Of a stretch of DNA of 64,000 nt, positions 30,631 to 45,770 are shown piece by piece. Both the position numbers and the translations under genes were made by a program. The DNA comes from the human T2T-CHM13v2.0 reference genome, Homo sapiens. Below the pieces are notes generated by a model. That model did not search any database. It was not told where the DNA came from and worked only from the letters and a program-made list of their open reading frames with translations. The DNA is taken from NCBI RefSeq assembly GCF_009914755.1, contig NC_060938.1; one strand, 5' to 3'. How positions within the stretch are numbered: position 1 is the stretch's first letter; every line of letters begins with the position of its first letter.

Positions 30631-33600
30631 CAGCTCCCTGTCACTCAGAAATCTGAGACAGACTCATTGCAGTTCTCCTCATTCTTACCTGGAATAAAAA
30701 ATGAACTCAAACTTCCAGAAGAAAAGCACAATTTTTCAAAATCTCCTCATACAAGTCTTGCCTCTCCCCTAAAACTTTTCTGAGTCAACTCTTCCTGAGA
30801 TGAATCACATTAAGAAATGAATCTCTTAATTGTACCACATAAGCTAAACAGTAAGCCATGACCTCATCACCCTGGACATAATAAAAGGGCAGAAACACTT
30901 GGGCATTTCAACAACATCTTAATTCCTGCACTGTTCTGGTTTATTATAAAGCAGGCCTGTGTGCAGGAAGACATTTTTTAAAAATGCTTTTATCTTCTTT
31001 TTGCATGTTAGCAGATCTCATGGTCTCTTTTCTTTGCAGATGGAAGCCTGAAATGTGCAAAAGCCAGGCAGGCAGACCAATGCATTTATTTGAGAAATAA
31101 AAAAAAACCCAGTCATGAAAATGACACATGGATTCAAGATGAGCTAGAAGCAGAAGGACCTTAAACTACACAATTACTCCCCACAAGCTCAAGCCAGAAT
31201 CAAACAAAAACCAGAAATAAACAAAACCTGGAGCTGAACAAATATCTGAATGCCACAGCCAGACTAAAGAAGAAACAAGAAGAAACTGATGTAACTGGGC
31301 TTGAGAAGAAACAAGGTAGAAGCACAATGCCACATCCCTTAGGTAGCATATAATTTTCTGAGCCTTGATTTACCATGACATCCTTTGTGTGATGATTACC
31401 GGTAACATTCTCATTTTGCTAGAGGTAGCACTAGTAGGTCCAATCTATATGTGGATACTCTACAGAGTGCATCCCATATGGGCACAAATCTTTATCAACT
31501 CTATCTGGAATTGATGAGTAAGCATCCCTAACATAATGGTCCAATGAATTATTTGAATAATTTTCTGAAAAAGTTAATCGCTCTGTATGGAAGAGAATGT
31601 ACTTGTGTTAGTTCTATAAGTAATGCTAAATATAGATATTTAAACAAGAGTTAACACTTTAGCCTGTTAAAATCACAAAATGCATTTAACGTGTTTAGGG
31701 GGATGGAAATTGCCTCCAACATATCAGAGAGGCAGCAAAATCAACAATATTAGCTAATTCTATAGGCTCAAACACTGACCCAGAGTGAATATTCTTCCTT
31801 TGCATCAGTTCTTAGCCACATAGGTCTCTTCATTCCAAGTGGTTTTAGATGGTGCTATTGCTTGAAAATAGCTGTGAGCATGCTATTTTGCATTCCACTG
31901 TTTCTCGCAGTCAGAGAGTCTCAATCAATGGGCCCTTCTGTCCTCAGTGTCCCAGTTAGGACTTCACCTTAAGACTAGGCTCACAGGAGAGAGTGGCAAA
32001 ATGGAAAACTTACCTGGAAGCACATAGACCTGGGTTCAAAATTCACCCATAATATATTCCATAGAGCTGCATGGATCCCAAAATCTCAGTTTTGCCACCT
32101 GTGAAAAGGGAATAACCATTTTTATTAGCGATCTGAGACTGAATAGCTATGAAGCAGTGATTTAGAAATGGAGCTAATTCTACAGGCAGACACTGTGGTA
32201 AAGATGAGGCATATTTCTCATGAAAACTCTTCAGAAAGAGTGGACCAGATTGTCAGAAGTGACCAATTCTCAGAAAGATTCTGTTTCATAATCAAAATGA
32301 AATCCCTTTCTGTAATTGTCAACGTCAAACTTTAGTTTCATGATTGATGTGGGCTTTAAGTTGCTAATATTTAAAAAGGCACTTCATTGACTGTGGCACA
32401 CACATTTTCAGCAATCACATTTCTACAAGAAAGATACCACAGGAGGAAAAAAGCCTACTATAAAAATCTTTTGTATATATACCTTGAAGAGCTCATTTCT
32501 AGGAATAGTCTGACACCTTTAGAAGATAAACAGTACTGTCTCAATCAATTACAAAGATTTTAAGGAAGACAATACCGCTAAACCCTATGCATTGGTGGAG
32601 TTATAATTTATTCATATATCATTTAAGAAAAGCATTGAACCAAATACTTTCCTTCCTTCCATGTATTCAACACTGAAAGGCAGCAAAAGGAAAAGGAGAA
32701 AGGAGGTCCAACTTCCCAGGATTCCCTTCCTGAAAAGAAATTTCCACTTTACTAAGTAGGAATGAGGAAAGGCGTGTGCATTTGCATAATTTCCAAGACA
32801 TTTCTGGACTCCCTAAATAGGAAACAGTATATTTGGAATACTTAAAAAAAAAAAAAAACCTTTGTACTTAATTTAACTACAAATTGGTTGGGTTTTCTAG
32901 AGAAGTGGAGGGATGCTAATGTGAGAAACAAAGATTAAATATTCAAGGCCATAATAATAATATATGAATTTAATGCTATTCTAGGATTTTTTCCATCCAA
33001 TTTTAAGTATATAAAAATGATTTTCATATAAGGATTTGGGGACAGAAATATTCTTGTTACTATTTTCACGATTTACACAATATCCTTGAGCAGCCTTATT
33101 TTATCTTTGCTGCTGTGTTTGCTGACTTGTCGGTGTTTAGATCAAGTTTTAATATTTGCATCTTTAGCTCACCACACAAAGGCAGCTGGTCCAGAGAGGT
33201 GAGGAACAGGGAGAGAGGAGTTGCAGGGCTTATCAGGTTATCCAAAAGGCCTTGTGCTCATCCTTTGTAAACAACAAGACATGTCAGCATCCCTGGTTGC
33301 TGTCATTGCTGACAGTCCTCTGAAGACCAGTAAGTGTTGAATTCTTTAAAGCTGGATTGTGCCCAGTGAGAGAAACGATGGTGTGAGATGAGGAGGACTT
33401 CGTGGATATCTGAGTACCTTGGGAAAAGAGAGGAATTGAGGCTTTTCACTCAGCAACCTAATGAAAACTAGACAAATAGTCTTGCATTTAATATATAGTT
33501 TTCACCAATTCATGCTTCTTTTGTTAGGAACAATTCTAGCCTGTATAGGAAAAAAGACAGATATAAGGAAATAATTTCTCATTGACAAGGGAGCTTCAGG

Positions 33601-36209
33601 TAAAGCAATGCTTATGAAAGGACAAGAGACTAAGTTTACATTGGTAAATTTCCATTGTGCAACCATTTCATTACTTTAACTTCATAGACCCCAAAACTTT
33701 ATGTGCTTGAACAAGTAATCAAATGCAAAGGATAGAACTAAATAATCTATCTGGGATAGCGAGGACTGTATACAAAACACAAAGAATAAAATACAAGTCT
33801 TTAAGGAATATGAATAAGAAATCGTGGCACAGAAGGGAAGACTTGAAAATAAGTTCCAAAAGCAGTATCTAGTGCTTTAAAGAATAATGAAATTTACATG
33901 CTCTGCTTTAAAATCCAAAAAGGTATATTTTGAACAAAGATACACTTGTATAATAGGTTCAGTAAAAATCCTAATCCATGTGATTCTTCATTATATCTAA
34001 CCTCAAACTTTTAAAATGTATAAAATGAATATCAAATTCTTTTCATGGAGACTGATAGCATACGTTGAATTAGAATAAATTCCACATTATAGTATGAAAC
34101 ACTCATAACAGCAACGAGTAATATGCTATATTCAAGACTTCCTTTGTTATGACATTTAAGCTATGGATTTTGAGGTTAATAATGATTCAGGGGAGTAAAT
34201 TCTTTTCCAGTGTTTCCATTTTCTTCTTCTTAGGATAATCTCCTAAAAGTATTTGCTCCATTAAATGATCTAAAATGTTTGAGAGGACAAAATGTCTTAG
34301 GCCTACTTGTAAAATATTAGGCTCCAAAACTTTGAAAAGGATCATCCTTCCAATATAAAATCCATCCTTGAAATAAGGATTATGTATCTCTAAAACAAGG
34401 CCAGGACTTAGCATTCCATTAATCTAACAATATAGTATTTAACTTGGATTTTTATTTGTTCCTGTATCATAAACACTATTTGATGATACAGAATAGAATC
34501 ATAGATTAATCTTCCCAAGTTGGCTTTTTCTTTTTTTTTAAGCCTCTTCAATCTTCTTGACTGAAACTACCAGACCATTATCTTACATAGCTATAGGTTA
34601 AGCACAGAGCCTGGAAGTCCGTCTGAACCACAGAATGAGAGAACAATTTAGAAAAAAAAATTGCAAAATTCTGGGAACTAAATAAAAAGTCACTCGTTTT
34701 CCTAATTTTTCTATGAGCAGAAAAGCAAAAGACCCATTGGCATGGCCCAGGCAGATACTACCGAACAGCTTTCCAAAGAGCAAATGGTAAAAATAAAATA
34801 AAATGAAAAAGATTTGCCTGTCATGGGAGTTGGTCAATAAAATGCAACAGTGTTTATTACAACATTTAAAGTCTGTGATTAAGAACACCAAAAGGCCTAA
34901 ACTAGAAAGGTTTTCAGCCTGTAATTTCCCTGCAGTCCTGGCCTGTACTTCCTTATGAGTTAGCTCAGCGGGGCTTTTTTTCCATGTCCATCATCAGCTT
35001 GTAATTATTGCCATTCTCAAAGCTATGCCAGATGGGTCTTTAGAAGCAGGCATGCAGCTTGTTTATGAGAGAAAGAGCTGTAATATTACTCTACACAGAG
35101 ACCTATCTGGTCCTACTCAAAGAGCGCTGCTCCTCCCTCCCCTCCTCCCCCAGATCTCCCCTACTACCATTCTCTCTGCCTTCCCTAGACAACCTCTCAT
35201 TTTCAGCTCCCTGTCCCAGCTGAATGGCCTGGTGACTGGCTGGGACCATGGGGGCCAAGAGATAGCTATATCTTAAAGCACATGGTCTAATCATCACCTT
35301 TCACCATTCACATATGAAAATGAGGCAACACCCAGGGAAAAACAAAATGTGGACTCTTTCTCCTACATAATGTTGTGCAGAGGCTTATTTAAAACACCAC
35401 AGCTGAGCATCTACCTTTCGGAATACAGATCTGCAGAGATGTCAAAATGATGCATTCCATTTCGCTTTTCTGAAAATTCCTCATTGGCTAGAAGCGAGAT
35501 TCCCAGCAAGATTCTCCCTTTGCCTGGTAGGAAGGATAAACATTTGTAAGAAGGTTGAGGTCAAGGAGCTGTGCAAAGCAACATAGGGAAAGGCAAGAGC
35601 GCCTAAGCCGGGTTCATCTGGTGATAGGCCCTGGGGTGTTAGGTATCCCAGAGGGCCAAGCAGAGCTTCAATCAGCAGTTAATGAGGCAAGACCTGCAAC
35701 AGATAGCCACTTTTAACTTACAAAAGCTTTTAGATGTCTCTGTTTACTTTGATCCATTTCAGTTAATTTGAGCTTGGTTAGGGTGCATTTTCCTTTTTTT
35801 TTCCTAGATAAACCCCCTGCTCCCACCCCACCCCCACCCCCAACCTCACCCCCACCTCCACCTCCCAAACAATAGTATCATTTACCAACTTTATACTTAA
35901 CAAGTTTTGAGGTCTTCTGTGAAGGTCGGCAACAATTATGTAAAAAACAAGGAAAGAAGGACCTGTACCATAGTCTGACTCTAGGACGAAAATTTCAAAA
36001 TCCCACCAGTGTTAAGATAAATGAAAAGGGTGGCGGGACAGGAAAGGCTGAATTTTGAAGGGAGATTTAAAGTTATTTGTTTCTGATTAGGTGAAGTACA
36101 TGTTCTTTTATCCCTTGTTATTTTACTCATGTGATGACCAGAGAGCTTTGTTAAAATGTTTCAGAGCGGATAAAACTAATTTACTGGAATGTGAAATAAT
36201 CCAGAAAGA

Positions 36210-36958
<749 letters not shown>

Positions 36959-36986
36959 CAGTTTTTCTTAGTAAAAAATACATAAA

Positions 36987-37009
36987 TACGTGTGTGTGTG
37001 TGTGTGTGT

Positions 37010-37051
<42 letters not shown>
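36987..37051. repeat. Compound (GT)n(AC)n(AT)n microsatellite containing a 40-bp perfect palindrome
   Basis: (GT)10 at 36990-37009 directly followed by (AC)n, then (AT)n. Confidence 0.95.
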
Positions 37052-38591
37052 TATTTGAGGCAAATTTGTGTATTTATAAAGCCCCCAGGTCTTCTAGCTG
37101 GTAAAATTAATTTCACAAATACACATGGACAGGTTTGGTTTGATATATATATTCCTCAAAAATAAACTTTTTTCAAATGAACCATATTCCTATTCTCCAC
37201 TCCCCACCCCTGCCCTGTCTTCTACATTTCCAGGCAGTATTACGAAGACACGTAAGTTAATAGAAGGAACAGGATGAAATCCTTCTGCACTTCTACTCTT
37301 AAATAAATTGGAACTAGTTTAAAGTGTTCTCTTTGAAATCCTGTCTACTAAGACCCTGGGGATTCATCAAGGAACTAAAGTTAGGAAACCTAATTTCTGT
37401 TTTGGGTTCTTTTTCTTGGGAAAGGGAAAAACTAAGTACCCAACCTTCCAGGAAGGGTTCCAGACACTAAACATGCCTTATCTGTAGCCTTCACATTAGG
37501 GTCTCTGTAGCAACAGTTTACATTTATTTTGCTCTTTACCAAGTCTTGAAAATGAAAGTAAAGTTGGTTTACCACTGAAGAATACTAAGTTCTTTGGTTA
37601 AAGGGCATTAAATTCAGAGAAAAGTCCAGATGTCTTCAACTATAACAATAGTAGTAACAGTTAATATTATAATAACAGTAACCGCTAATAACAATAATAG
37701 TAACAGCTAATATTTATTCAATGCTTATTAAGGGACAACTGCGCTAAATACTTTAGGATTCTGCATAATTTGTAGAGTGTTTAATATACAAGCTTACTAA
37801 ATTTTTCAGTTAATGACGGTGGCATTTGCTAAGCTGTAGGCCAAGTTATTCCTTTCATTCACAGTCTAGGGAGAGATGACACGGGCATGCTGAGTCACTC
37901 AAAACATGCTCAAACCACCCTAAGGAGTTTGCCTGATGAAAGGTTTTCCTTTCCTTCAAAGCCACTTCCTGTGTCACGTGACCTATATCACTCCAAAGAT
38001 AATAACACTTCATGTTTCCAGAATACTTTTATCCAAAGATCTCAAAGCATTTTCAAATGTTAATTAAACCTTCACCATCCTGGAAGACAGCAATGCCAAT
38101 CTCACTGTTTAAATACTGTATTCCAGAACACAGGTTGTTCTAATCATTGAGAGGGAAATGGAGGCCTCTCTAAGTAAATCCATTATGCAAGCCACTACCC
38201 AAACACTTATGGCACCCAAAATTCTCTTGAGTTTCCTAGGAAACCACCGCAGCATCTTGATTCTAAATTGTCCCCTACTCCCATTGATTGTTTCTGCTGA
38301 AAGAAATGCAAGAAAAAAGGGGGTTGGGCAGGAGGGAAGCAGAAAAAGACTTTCGAAAAGTTCCCACTTTATTCAGGGGTAGAAATGTAGGTAGAACGAT
38401 ATGCAATATATTTCTGCAAATATATTAGTTCTCTCATCAAACAACTAAGCACCTTTGCTATATGCTTTTTCATTTATTGTGGTGACCACATGGGGAAAAA
38501 AATAGCCAGTTTTTCCCAAGATTTAGATGTGACTGTTCAGACTGCAGTTTACCTGTCCTCCTATTTAACAGGCATCAAGAACTTACTCTGA

Positions 38592-39430
<839 letters not shown>

Positions 39431-40458
39431 TTAACCTGGTTTCAAATCACATTTTTTTTGAAGTGATATTACAGGGTGAAGACGACAAAAGAGAAATTGA
39501 CCTCAGAAGTTTAGTTGTAATCATTTAAGGTCTTAACTTATTTCTATGAATACTGAGAATAACAAACAGTCCTTGAATGATTTCAGTAAATATGATTTTT
39601 GCTAAATATTAAGCCTGTGAACTAAGTGTTTTATCTACATTATCTCACTTATCCCTCACAACAACCTGAACAGGTAGACACCACTACTATCCATTGTGTG
39701 ATCATGAGGACTAAGTAATTTGCCCATGTTTCTGAGACTCCTCCTTTGTTTATTCATTTATTAAGCCCTCACTGTTTGTCAGGCACTACAGTGGGTAGAG
39801 CAATGGAAAAGACAGGCATGGCATTCTTCTTGGAGCTTTTGTCTTGAATCCTCCATAGCAATAGCACAGTGCATTCTGGCAAGTAGTTAGTGCTCAACAA
39901 ATACTTAAAACAGTATAAACCAAGTTAAAAAAAAAAAAAAGACTGAAGCACTGTGATTGAATCCCTTCAGAGTTTGACTTTTCACAATACTGCTGCAATA
40001 CTTGTGTTTATTACATGACTTGCCTGGGGGGGTTGCAGTTTGCCATACATTCTATAAAGGTATGACATGCAGAAGGAATCATGAGTCACTCCAATATTCT
40101 AATAAAAAATACAGTGATCATGATAACAAGAGTTTTCATTAATGGCACCACAGAGCAGCCAAAATGATCCTTCTAAATCACAAATCAGATCATGTTTCTT
40201 CCATGATGTACAACCTTTAAGCGTTTCCCATTGGTCTTACTTTAAAGTCCAAATTCCCCATCTCCATAACATGGATTACAAGAACTTGATCCTCTTTCTG
40301 GAATCACGTCCCTCCTCCACTGACTTCAATTACACATTCCAGACTTCGTAAAAATCCTTTCTCTCCCACCCCACAACACCTCTAGGCCTTGAACAAGCCA
40401 TTTCATCTTTTAGTAACATACTCCCTGCATCCTCACCATAATTACCATTCTTTTCCTA

Positions 40459-40849
40459 TGTTGAGGAGAGGGTTTATTTGTGTGCAGGATTTTTGTTGAG
40501 CAGTACTCTTGAGAACAACATCTGTAAAGAAGAAGGGAAGCAGGATTAGGCAGAGGGAAAAGTTAAACTGCCATGGAGGTGCAACTGAGGCCTCAGCCAA
40601 ACATGTGAGGAGCTTTGGAACTAGGATGGCCCTTCAGAATTGTCCTAATTGAGGCAAGGAGGTGGCCCTTTTACCCCGCCTGTCCCTGGAGATGAGATAA
40701 CCTTGAGCAAGGCAGCCTCCTTCAGCAGAAGGCAATTCCTGGATAGGACTTCAGCTAAGAGCCATCAAAGGCAAGACTACTGCCACCTGGGGGATAAGTG
40801 GCCCAGTCCTTAAAGAGGTATATGGTGGTACACCACAACATCCACTACA
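40459..40849. mobile_element. LTR16-family (ERVL) LTR within an L2 fragment (~40140-41050)
   Basis: GGAAGCAGGATTAGGCAGAGGGAAAAGTTAAACTG, GATGGCCCTTCAGAATTGTCC, ACCTTGAGCAAGGCAGC, ending CATCCACTACA. Confidence 0.75.
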
Positions 40850-41899
40850 GTCTAGTTACCTTTAGTCATCTTTCAGGTCTCAACTTAGAGGTCCCTTCCT
40901 CTAGGAAGTTTCCCTTGATTCCCTAAGCCTAGGAGAGGAGCTCCTCCTAAGTGCTCCCAAGCACCCACTGCTTCCCCATCATGGCATTCTCCATTTTATA
41001 TAGTAATCATCTGTTTGAATTCCCTGAGGAAATTATAAACTACATGATTAGCATTCTATCTATTAATACATAAATGTGAACAACTTAAAGAATGACTGAA
41101 AAATTAACAATTCTATTTTGATTTTTTTTAATTATTCACAAAAAACAAAAAAGTCTGGATGATCATTCACCAAAATATTGTTAATTCTTATCTCTTGGTA
41201 ACAGGATTATGTTTGATTTTTATTTTCTTCATTATACCTTTTGGTGTATCTAAATTTTTGTAGCACATTTGATTTTTGTAATTTAAAGAATGTATACAGT
41301 AATCATTTTGAAGAAAAAACATAACTCTTACTATAATAATAACTAACATCAGTAGTTATGGTGTAGTCACCCATATTATGGTATAGTCACCATATTGTTA
41401 TTATTTTGTACTGTAATTTATAGTTTATCATGCAGTTCATCAAAAACAATTTGACATAAATTATTTTGTTTAATCTTGACAAAATTTCAACAAGGAAGGC
41501 AGGTATGGTATTCTAATTCCTACTGGATTGCAAAATAAAGGCAATCCTCTCAATCAGAGTGAGTTAGTATATCCCCACAGCCTAGAAATTCAGAGTCTAA
41601 CATGAGTACTTCTCCAACATGTTCATTTTTAATGAGGTCTTTCCAGACTTTAAAGAAAATAGTGATATAGGAAGAAAGTATAGATGCTGTCCCACTCTAT
41701 CTACCTAGTGCTTGCTGGCTACACTCCCTGTTCTCACTTTTCTCAATCTCCCCATTCTTATTAATAAAATAGAGTATAATGCCTCTCCCTGTCTTTATTT
41801 TCATCATTTGTTTGCACAAGCCTAATCTACAAGGCCTGCTAGATTTGAAAGCCCTGTTTTCCCCTCACATCTCATGTCACCCCTTCTTTCCTATGATAA

Positions 41900-42112
41900 C
41901 ATTTCACATATGTATAGCACTTTCCAGAAGGCTTCCCCATATATCACCTCACTGCATCCTCCCAACAAAGCTTTGAGGTCTGCACATCAGATAGCATTAC
42001 TCCCATTTTAGAGATAAGGAAACAAAAACACAGAGAGTGTACGTGACTTGCCAAAAATCACAGTTAGTTACTGATAAAGACAGGACTAGAAACCGGGGCC
42101 TTACAGAGAAGC
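41900..42112 (-). mobile_element. MIR
   Basis: CCCATTTTAGAGATAAGGAAACA...GTGACTTGCCAAAATCACAGTTAGT. Confidence 0.75.
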
Positions 42113-42499
42113 TCAGAACCCTCTGTGTTTTTACTTTGATCTTATAGTCTAGCATGTAGCCCACTGATAGGGTCCTACAGGACCTAAAACTGATTACAAA
42201 AAAAACTGATGAAAGCAAGATTGTCGGTTCAATCTCTGGGTAGGCCTGCTATGATCTTTGCATTGGAGTGGGTGAATGTATGCAGTAGACCTACAGATGC
42301 AAGGTCTAAGTTACAGAGGGACTAGTTGAGAGTGTGTAGATGATTCAGCTCAATTCCATCACCACAATAAGTTAAATAATTTGGTTACTATTCTTTTAAG
42401 GCTATATAAATACATACACATAAATATATAAAATAACAATTTCTCTAAATACACTGCAAGAATCTATATTTCTATAATTGTCAGTTTCTGTATCTTTCT

Positions 42500-42618
42500 C
42501 TCAAGTTTTCCCAGGATAGTTTCAATTTATGCCTATTGTCCTGGCACAACTATTAATGGCATTTCCTTTCACTCTCAAAAATGTCCCAGTGTGGAAGATA
42601 ATTTATATGGTCATCCTT
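42500..42618. mobile_element. MER94-like hAT (Blackjack) MITE
   Basis: TATGCCTATTGTCCTGGCACAACTATTAAT...CCTTTCACTCTCAAAAATGTCCCAGT...ATTTATATGGTCATCCT. Confidence 0.7.
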
Positions 42619-43413
42619 ATATACAGCTTAGAGAGAACAAATGAGCAATTTCAGTAGACACTGAACAGTATCGACTTTCAAAGTGGCATGCCCCAAATGT
42701 TGTAAGAAGGGTTACTGTTATTGAAATACACTGTTGGAAAGATTCCCAGTGTTAAATGGCCTTTACTAAAGACATAGTAAGACACATATTCCTTTGTGTT
42801 ATATTGGGCTTACGTTTTAAAATGTAGTGAAATTCTGGCTAGCTTCAATCCATTTACTAAATGGTTTTGGTTTTTCTGCACTTCATCCCCTCACCTGATA
42901 TTATATTTTGTCTCATTGCTTATCAGAAGTGTTCCTTTCCACATTCATTTTTTTTAATGAGAAGGAACAAATTAGAATTCACATTGTTTTGGCTTAAAAT
43001 TATAGTGCCTGCTACATTTCCCAAAGGAATCCTGCCAAGACAATGGCCTCAAACAATAGCTATATGCCAAGGTTTTCATGGTAATTCCAGCTCGCACATT
43101 TTGAGCTTGTGCAAGTCTTTTTTCCCCCGTCTGTAATATGGGGCGAATATCTGCTCATGAGTCGCTAAAAAAAAAAAAAAAAAAAGAAAAACCATAGATG
43201 ATGTTGTAACTTACCCAATTAAAGAACTATTACATTTTGCACTCCTTAGAAGTCCCAGTTACTGCTTCAACATAAAAGTCTTGTCCTTGTGGGAAACTTA
43301 CAACCTTGTTACTAAAGAAGAGAGTAGTATATGTACTAGTAGTCAGAGTGGGTCAATATTAATACTTTCCCCAGGGAAATCCCCCAAACTACCTCAAGAA
43401 AAGTCTTTGACAG

Positions 43414-43706
43414 GGCTGGGCATGGTGGCTCACACCTATAATCCCAGCACTGTGGCAGGCCAAGGCGGGCGGATCACAAAGTCAGGAGATCGAGACCATC
43501 CTGGCTAACACGGTGAAACTCCATCTCTACTAAAAAATACAAAAAATTAGCCGAGCGTGGTGGCAGGGGCCTGTAGTCCCAGCTACTCAGGAGGCTGAGG
43601 CAGGAGAATGGCGTCAACCCAGGAGGCGGAGCTTGCAGTGAGCAGAGATCGCACCACTGCACTTCAGCCTGGGCGACAAGCAAGACTCCAACTCAAAAAG
43701 AAAAGT
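43414..43706 (+). mobile_element. AluY
   Basis: GAGATCGAGACCATCCTGGCTAACACGG, GAATGGCGT, GGAGCTTGCAG; TSD AAAGT(C/T)TTTGACAG at 43400 and 43707. Confidence 0.92.
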
Positions 43707-45084
43707 AAAGTTTTTGACAGGTGTACAGTAATGTGTCTAAGATCCCCAGCAATTCCTAATTGGTGTTCAGCCAAATTTTTTCAGATTTCGATGCAGACCC
43801 TAAGTGACTGTCAGGCATTTTATGGAAGACCCCCAACTCTTTTTAAATCAATCCAATTCATTCATCTGAGCAAGGAAAATGGAAAAATCCATATTCTGTT
43901 GAGAGATTCTTTGATCCTTTTTACAAAGATCTGTCTTATCCTATTATTGTAATAAAACCAGACTGCTGTTTTTCTGAAGAGTGTGTATGCATGTAGGTAT
44001 ATGTGTATGTATAACAATAATGTCTAGAAGACATAAGTAAATATATCTCCAACCCATATCCCAGTAGAAAACAGATAAAAAGAGACAGTAACCTCAGGTT
44101 CTTTGAAGCAAGAATTTAGTTATTCAGTGACAATGCATCTCCTTTATGATCATTAATTATCCAGTATTTACTGAACACTGACTAGCTTCCTAGACTGAGC
44201 ACTCTGATGAAGATCTTTGCTCTGCAGTACCTGAATTGGGAAAGTGACTGTGATAGGGCATCTCTACATAAGGACAGAAGAGACCCAACACTTGCCGAAG
44301 ACCCATTCTAGCCAGACACGGCAATAGGATGTTTATACATGCTAGTTCTTGGATGATCTCCCCAGTAAGCCCCGTTTTACAGATGAAGAAACAAAAGCTC
44401 AGAAAAAAATATTATGCCAAAGTTTGCAAAGTGGTAAAGCAGGATTCAAAGCAGGGTTTCAAGATTTCAAAGCCTCTGCTTTTTTTTTTTTTTTTTTTAA
44501 CCATCCCACTTCTCCTTTGCTCTCATTCTGAGTATGCTGCTAGTTGGCACTGCTGAACAACGGTATCTGATATCTGGATGTTTTTCCACCAGGATCCTCG
44601 CAGCAGAAGATGTCTTAACTTCAGTGCAACAAAACCCCAAGTGATAACATCAGATTTTGCCGGAATGGAGTTACATCCTGGCTGTCATGCAGATACCCAG
44701 GCCTCCAACAACAGTGAGTACACTATCACGTCACATTCCCTCAATAGCTCCAAGACAATGGAGGAAAACAGTGACAATAATGATTTGAAATAATAGAGGA
44801 TTTTTAAAAAAAGAAAATCTTTGTATCTGGCCTTTGAATTATGTAATTATTTGAGTCCCAAACCACATTTTTCAAACATTCAGTTACAGTTTTTCTGCAG
44901 TTTCTGGGACAATGTCAGCTCGGTATTAGAGCAAGTCAGCCAAAGAAACTCTGGACAGCTGAGCAGCTTAATTCAAGGCCTCACTTCCATGATGCCAGCG
45001 TGCTGGTGGCTTTAGACAGTCCACTCACTTATCTGGTCCTCAGCTTCCTCAAAAATAAAATGATGGATTTGAACCATAAGATTT

Positions 45085-45770
45085 ATTTATTTATTCAATA
45101 GATTTTTATTATTAGGTATCAATACACAGGCCTGCCCTCGTAATATTTATAGTCTGGTGGAGGAGACAGAAAACACAAACAACAATTTCAATGAAGTGTG
45201 ATCAGTGCTATAAAATAGTAAATAGGAGATGCCATAGCAGTCCCTAGTAGGAGCTTCTGATCCATTCTGAGGGACACAGGAGGAGGGTATACGGTAGCGG
45301 AAGTGACATCTAATGCACAGCCATAAAGAACCTATAGGAGTTAGCATTCTCGGAGGGTAGTGTGGGGACAAAGAACAGCACCCAAGGTGATTGCACAGCC
45401 CAGGCAGAGGCCTGGAAGGTCGCTGTCACAGCCTCTTGTGAAAACACAAGTAGTTTAGTACATCTGGTTTCTGAAAAGGGAGTGGGGATAGAGGAAATGG
45501 AAAGGGAGATAGGGGCAAGACCCATCATCAGGGGCCTTAGATATCAGCAAAAGGACTTTGGACTTTGTTCATTCCCTCAGGAACTATTTGTTGACCTTAC
45601 TAGGTGCCAGGCATTTTTGTAGGCTCTGGAGTTACCAGAATAGTAAACAAGATAAATAGGCTTCTGCTTTACAAAGCAAAATAAGAATCTATTCAAGGGT
45701 TTAAAGGAGGGAAATGATATGATTGGATTTGAGTTTAGAAAGACCACATTGGCTACAGTGTTGGAATGTC
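45085..45770 (-). mobile_element. L2 fragments
   Basis: ATTTATTTATTCAATAG start; purine-rich antisense L2 body (AAGGACTTTGGACTTTG, GAAATGATATGATTGGATTTG...AGAAAGACCAC). Confidence 0.65.

Noticed and set aside
32005-32030. Perfect CAG|GTAAGT donor on the minus strand
   Set aside because: Lies at the edge of a MIR fragment with no convincing partner acceptor; treated as cryptic
41356-41394. Short ~20-bp direct repeat (similar ones at 2227-2250 and 11328-11356)
   Set aside because: Ordinary local slippage duplications with no further structure
43215-43311. 97-nt minus-strand segment between an acceptor and TGG|GTAAGT
   Set aside because: AT-rich, multiple stops, a competing internal GTAAGT and not frame-preserving; likely a pseudo-exon
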